The notes beneath the pieces are model-generated. The model was not told where the DNA came from. It did not search any database and saw nothing but the letters and a program-made list of their open reading frames with translations. Shown here piece after piece: positions 62,081 to 64,000 of a DNA stretch of 64,000 bases (position 1 is its first letter; every line of letters begins with the position of its first letter). The translations under genes were made by a program, and so were the position numbers. This DNA comes from Pavona decussata (Eukaryota): contig CDRNST010000354.1 of the NCBI GenBank assembly GCA_977016875.1, forward strand, positions 1,178,001 to 1,242,000. The letters are read 5' to 3'.

Positions 62081-63429
62081 AGTCAGGTAAGGGATCAACC
62101 AGATAGTGGAAAAATTGGTATGAAAACAAGAATTAAAAGTTCACTATATCTCATCCCCAAATTTACGTGTTTTTTTTTTTAATCTAATGAACAAATTGTG
62201 TACAATGAATGCACAGTTGAACAATTTGAACCTCCTGCCTACAGACCCCATGAGGGCCAAATATCAGTGTCTGTTTTATTTCAGGAGAAGCCAAGTGTCT
62301 GCTTACTAGAGGCATCCCCTTGTGGAGGTTTGATATTCAGTTAATAATGTAGAGTTCGTGTGGAATCTCTAGTGGCCGCTTAAAAGGGCCATACTCCCAC
62401 AGAAGGTACGCATTAGAGGTTTGACTGAATACCCTGTCTGAATACTGATGCAGTCAAATCTCCGCTAACAGAACTCTTCTCGGCAGCCGCCTCTCCTAAG
62501 TCACATGTAGGCACATAACCTCCCATAAGTAGACACCTCTCACAAGAGGCACTCAGCTGTGGCCGCAGTCACACAGGAAGAATTCTAAAAAAAATTGTTT
62601 AGGAAGTTATGGGACCCTTTATTTACTTTGATCAAGACTGAGACTTTAAACAATTTTTGAATTTTTTTTTTTATTTTTAACATTGGATTGCCACATCAGC
62701 ACTGTAGTTTGCACTATGCTTAGCTGAAATAATCTCCAGGTTATAACAGCTCTCAGTACTATCTGGAGAAAATTACAGTCATGCATGAATATTTGTTTTG
62801 AATCTATGTTTGAACACAAGTCAGTGTCAGTGCCAAAGTTAAGTTGATTCAGCTAGTCAGAGTCAGAATCCATAATTTATCCTGTGTGATTAATCATTTG
62901 CTACAAGTTTTAACACTAGTTGAGTTAGTGATTATCTCTCAGAATTGTTTCTGCAGTTCTCTAGTGAGTAAGCAATGTAAATAAGGTGATTGAGTATGCA
63001 CAGTCAACAGTTTACCGTTAAAGAAACAGCATTGTTTCAACACAGTAAGGAAATAAACACATTCATAGGTATAGTGCATTGATTGCTCTTCATCTGAAGT
63101 TGACAGCTGTTGAGTTTCATTGCTTAAAGTGAGACATAAATAAAACTATTTCATTATAATGTTAACTGAAACATACTGTATAATTGCCACTGTACACGCT
63201 ATCAAAAGTTACATCACTTACAAAAACACCCAAATTTCTTTTCTTCTGGCCCACCCCATTACTGCAATGGCCCATAATTTTTAGAAATGGCGCATAACGT
63301 TTGAAAGCCAGGGAAAATAAGCCCATATGCCTGTTTTTCCTTCCCAATCTCTGAATATTGATACTGATGTGGAAGATTGCTCAGACTAGATTTCCTCTCA
63401 CCTAGATCAAACAAGTGTGAGCAGAAAAA

Positions 63430-63790
63430 TCTTAAACGTCCAAGATTGCACTTGCAACGAAATGATGTCGGAACAAAATGGGAACTCAGCAAAACAGGTG
63501 TTGACACAGGGACAAGTAATCCAGAGAAAGTACAGAAACATTTGCCACAGACACATACAAGTCTCCATTCCAGTGATCTGTCAACCAGCAGTGTAATTGC
63601 AGGACAAGGAGTTCAGTTACTTGTGGACACTGCTGCATGGTTATCAGTCATAGATGAAATGTTTCTCCAGATGATCCAAACAGTCAATAGAGAGCATGTC
63701 CCAGTATTAGGGAGGATTACCCTATGATGATTTTCACATCATGCAGGCCGAGATTTTCTGCAAATGAACCAAGCCTTCATTGACCCCACA
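63430..63790 (+). pseudogene. Gypsy-type retropepsin remnant
   Basis: VIAGQGVQLLVDTAAWLSVIDE (LVDTGAxxSVI-like), later GRDFLQMNQAFID. Confidence 0.6.
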
Positions 63791-64000
63791 ACAACAAAAT
63801 CACCTTTAAAAGATCCGAAGACAACAAGAAGACTGAAAAGCACAAGTCAAGTCTGCCTGTTCTTGGAAGCTTCCTTTATCTGACAATCTCTATAGAAGGA
63901 TAGACCCCTCAGAAGCTGATCTGGACATAGTACAAAAGGGGGCCTGGGAATCTGAAATGGAAAGAGGGTATCCCATTACTCCCTCTTGGTATGGTCTGTC

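Overview
This is AT-rich, intron-containing eukaryotic DNA. The repeat families look like a scleractinian coral or another cnidarian (inference). I found no intact host gene, rRNA, tRNA or CRISPR array. The window is a dense, nested transposon graveyard. DNA transposon remnants include Kolobok (two copies, one with a P2X7-ballast-like KolX gene), KDZ/CxC3, ZNF862-type hAT, Sola2/Sola3-like, ISL2EU-like (THAP-SAP-SWIM-YqaJ plus Ulp1), PIF/Harbinger, RAG1/Transib/Chapaev-like, piggyBac and Academ-like elements. Retroelement remnants include BEL/Pao, Gypsy, DIRS/Ngaro, RTE, CR1/L2, L1/Tx1 and Penelope, plus many MITEs. The most notable observations are: (1) a TIR-bounded KDZ element carrying an antisense HDX-like homeodomain exon; (2) a higher-order tandem array of frame-preserving phase-1 exons; (3) a ~400-bp fold-back with a U3-A8 hammerhead motif in each arm and a 12-bp TSD; (4) an ISL2EU-like module extended by a SUMO-protease domain; (5) a strong + strand bias of DNA/LTR element remnants, reminiscent of a uni-strand piRNA cluster. 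All family calls are by-eye motif recognition, not database searches. Many boundaries are approximate.
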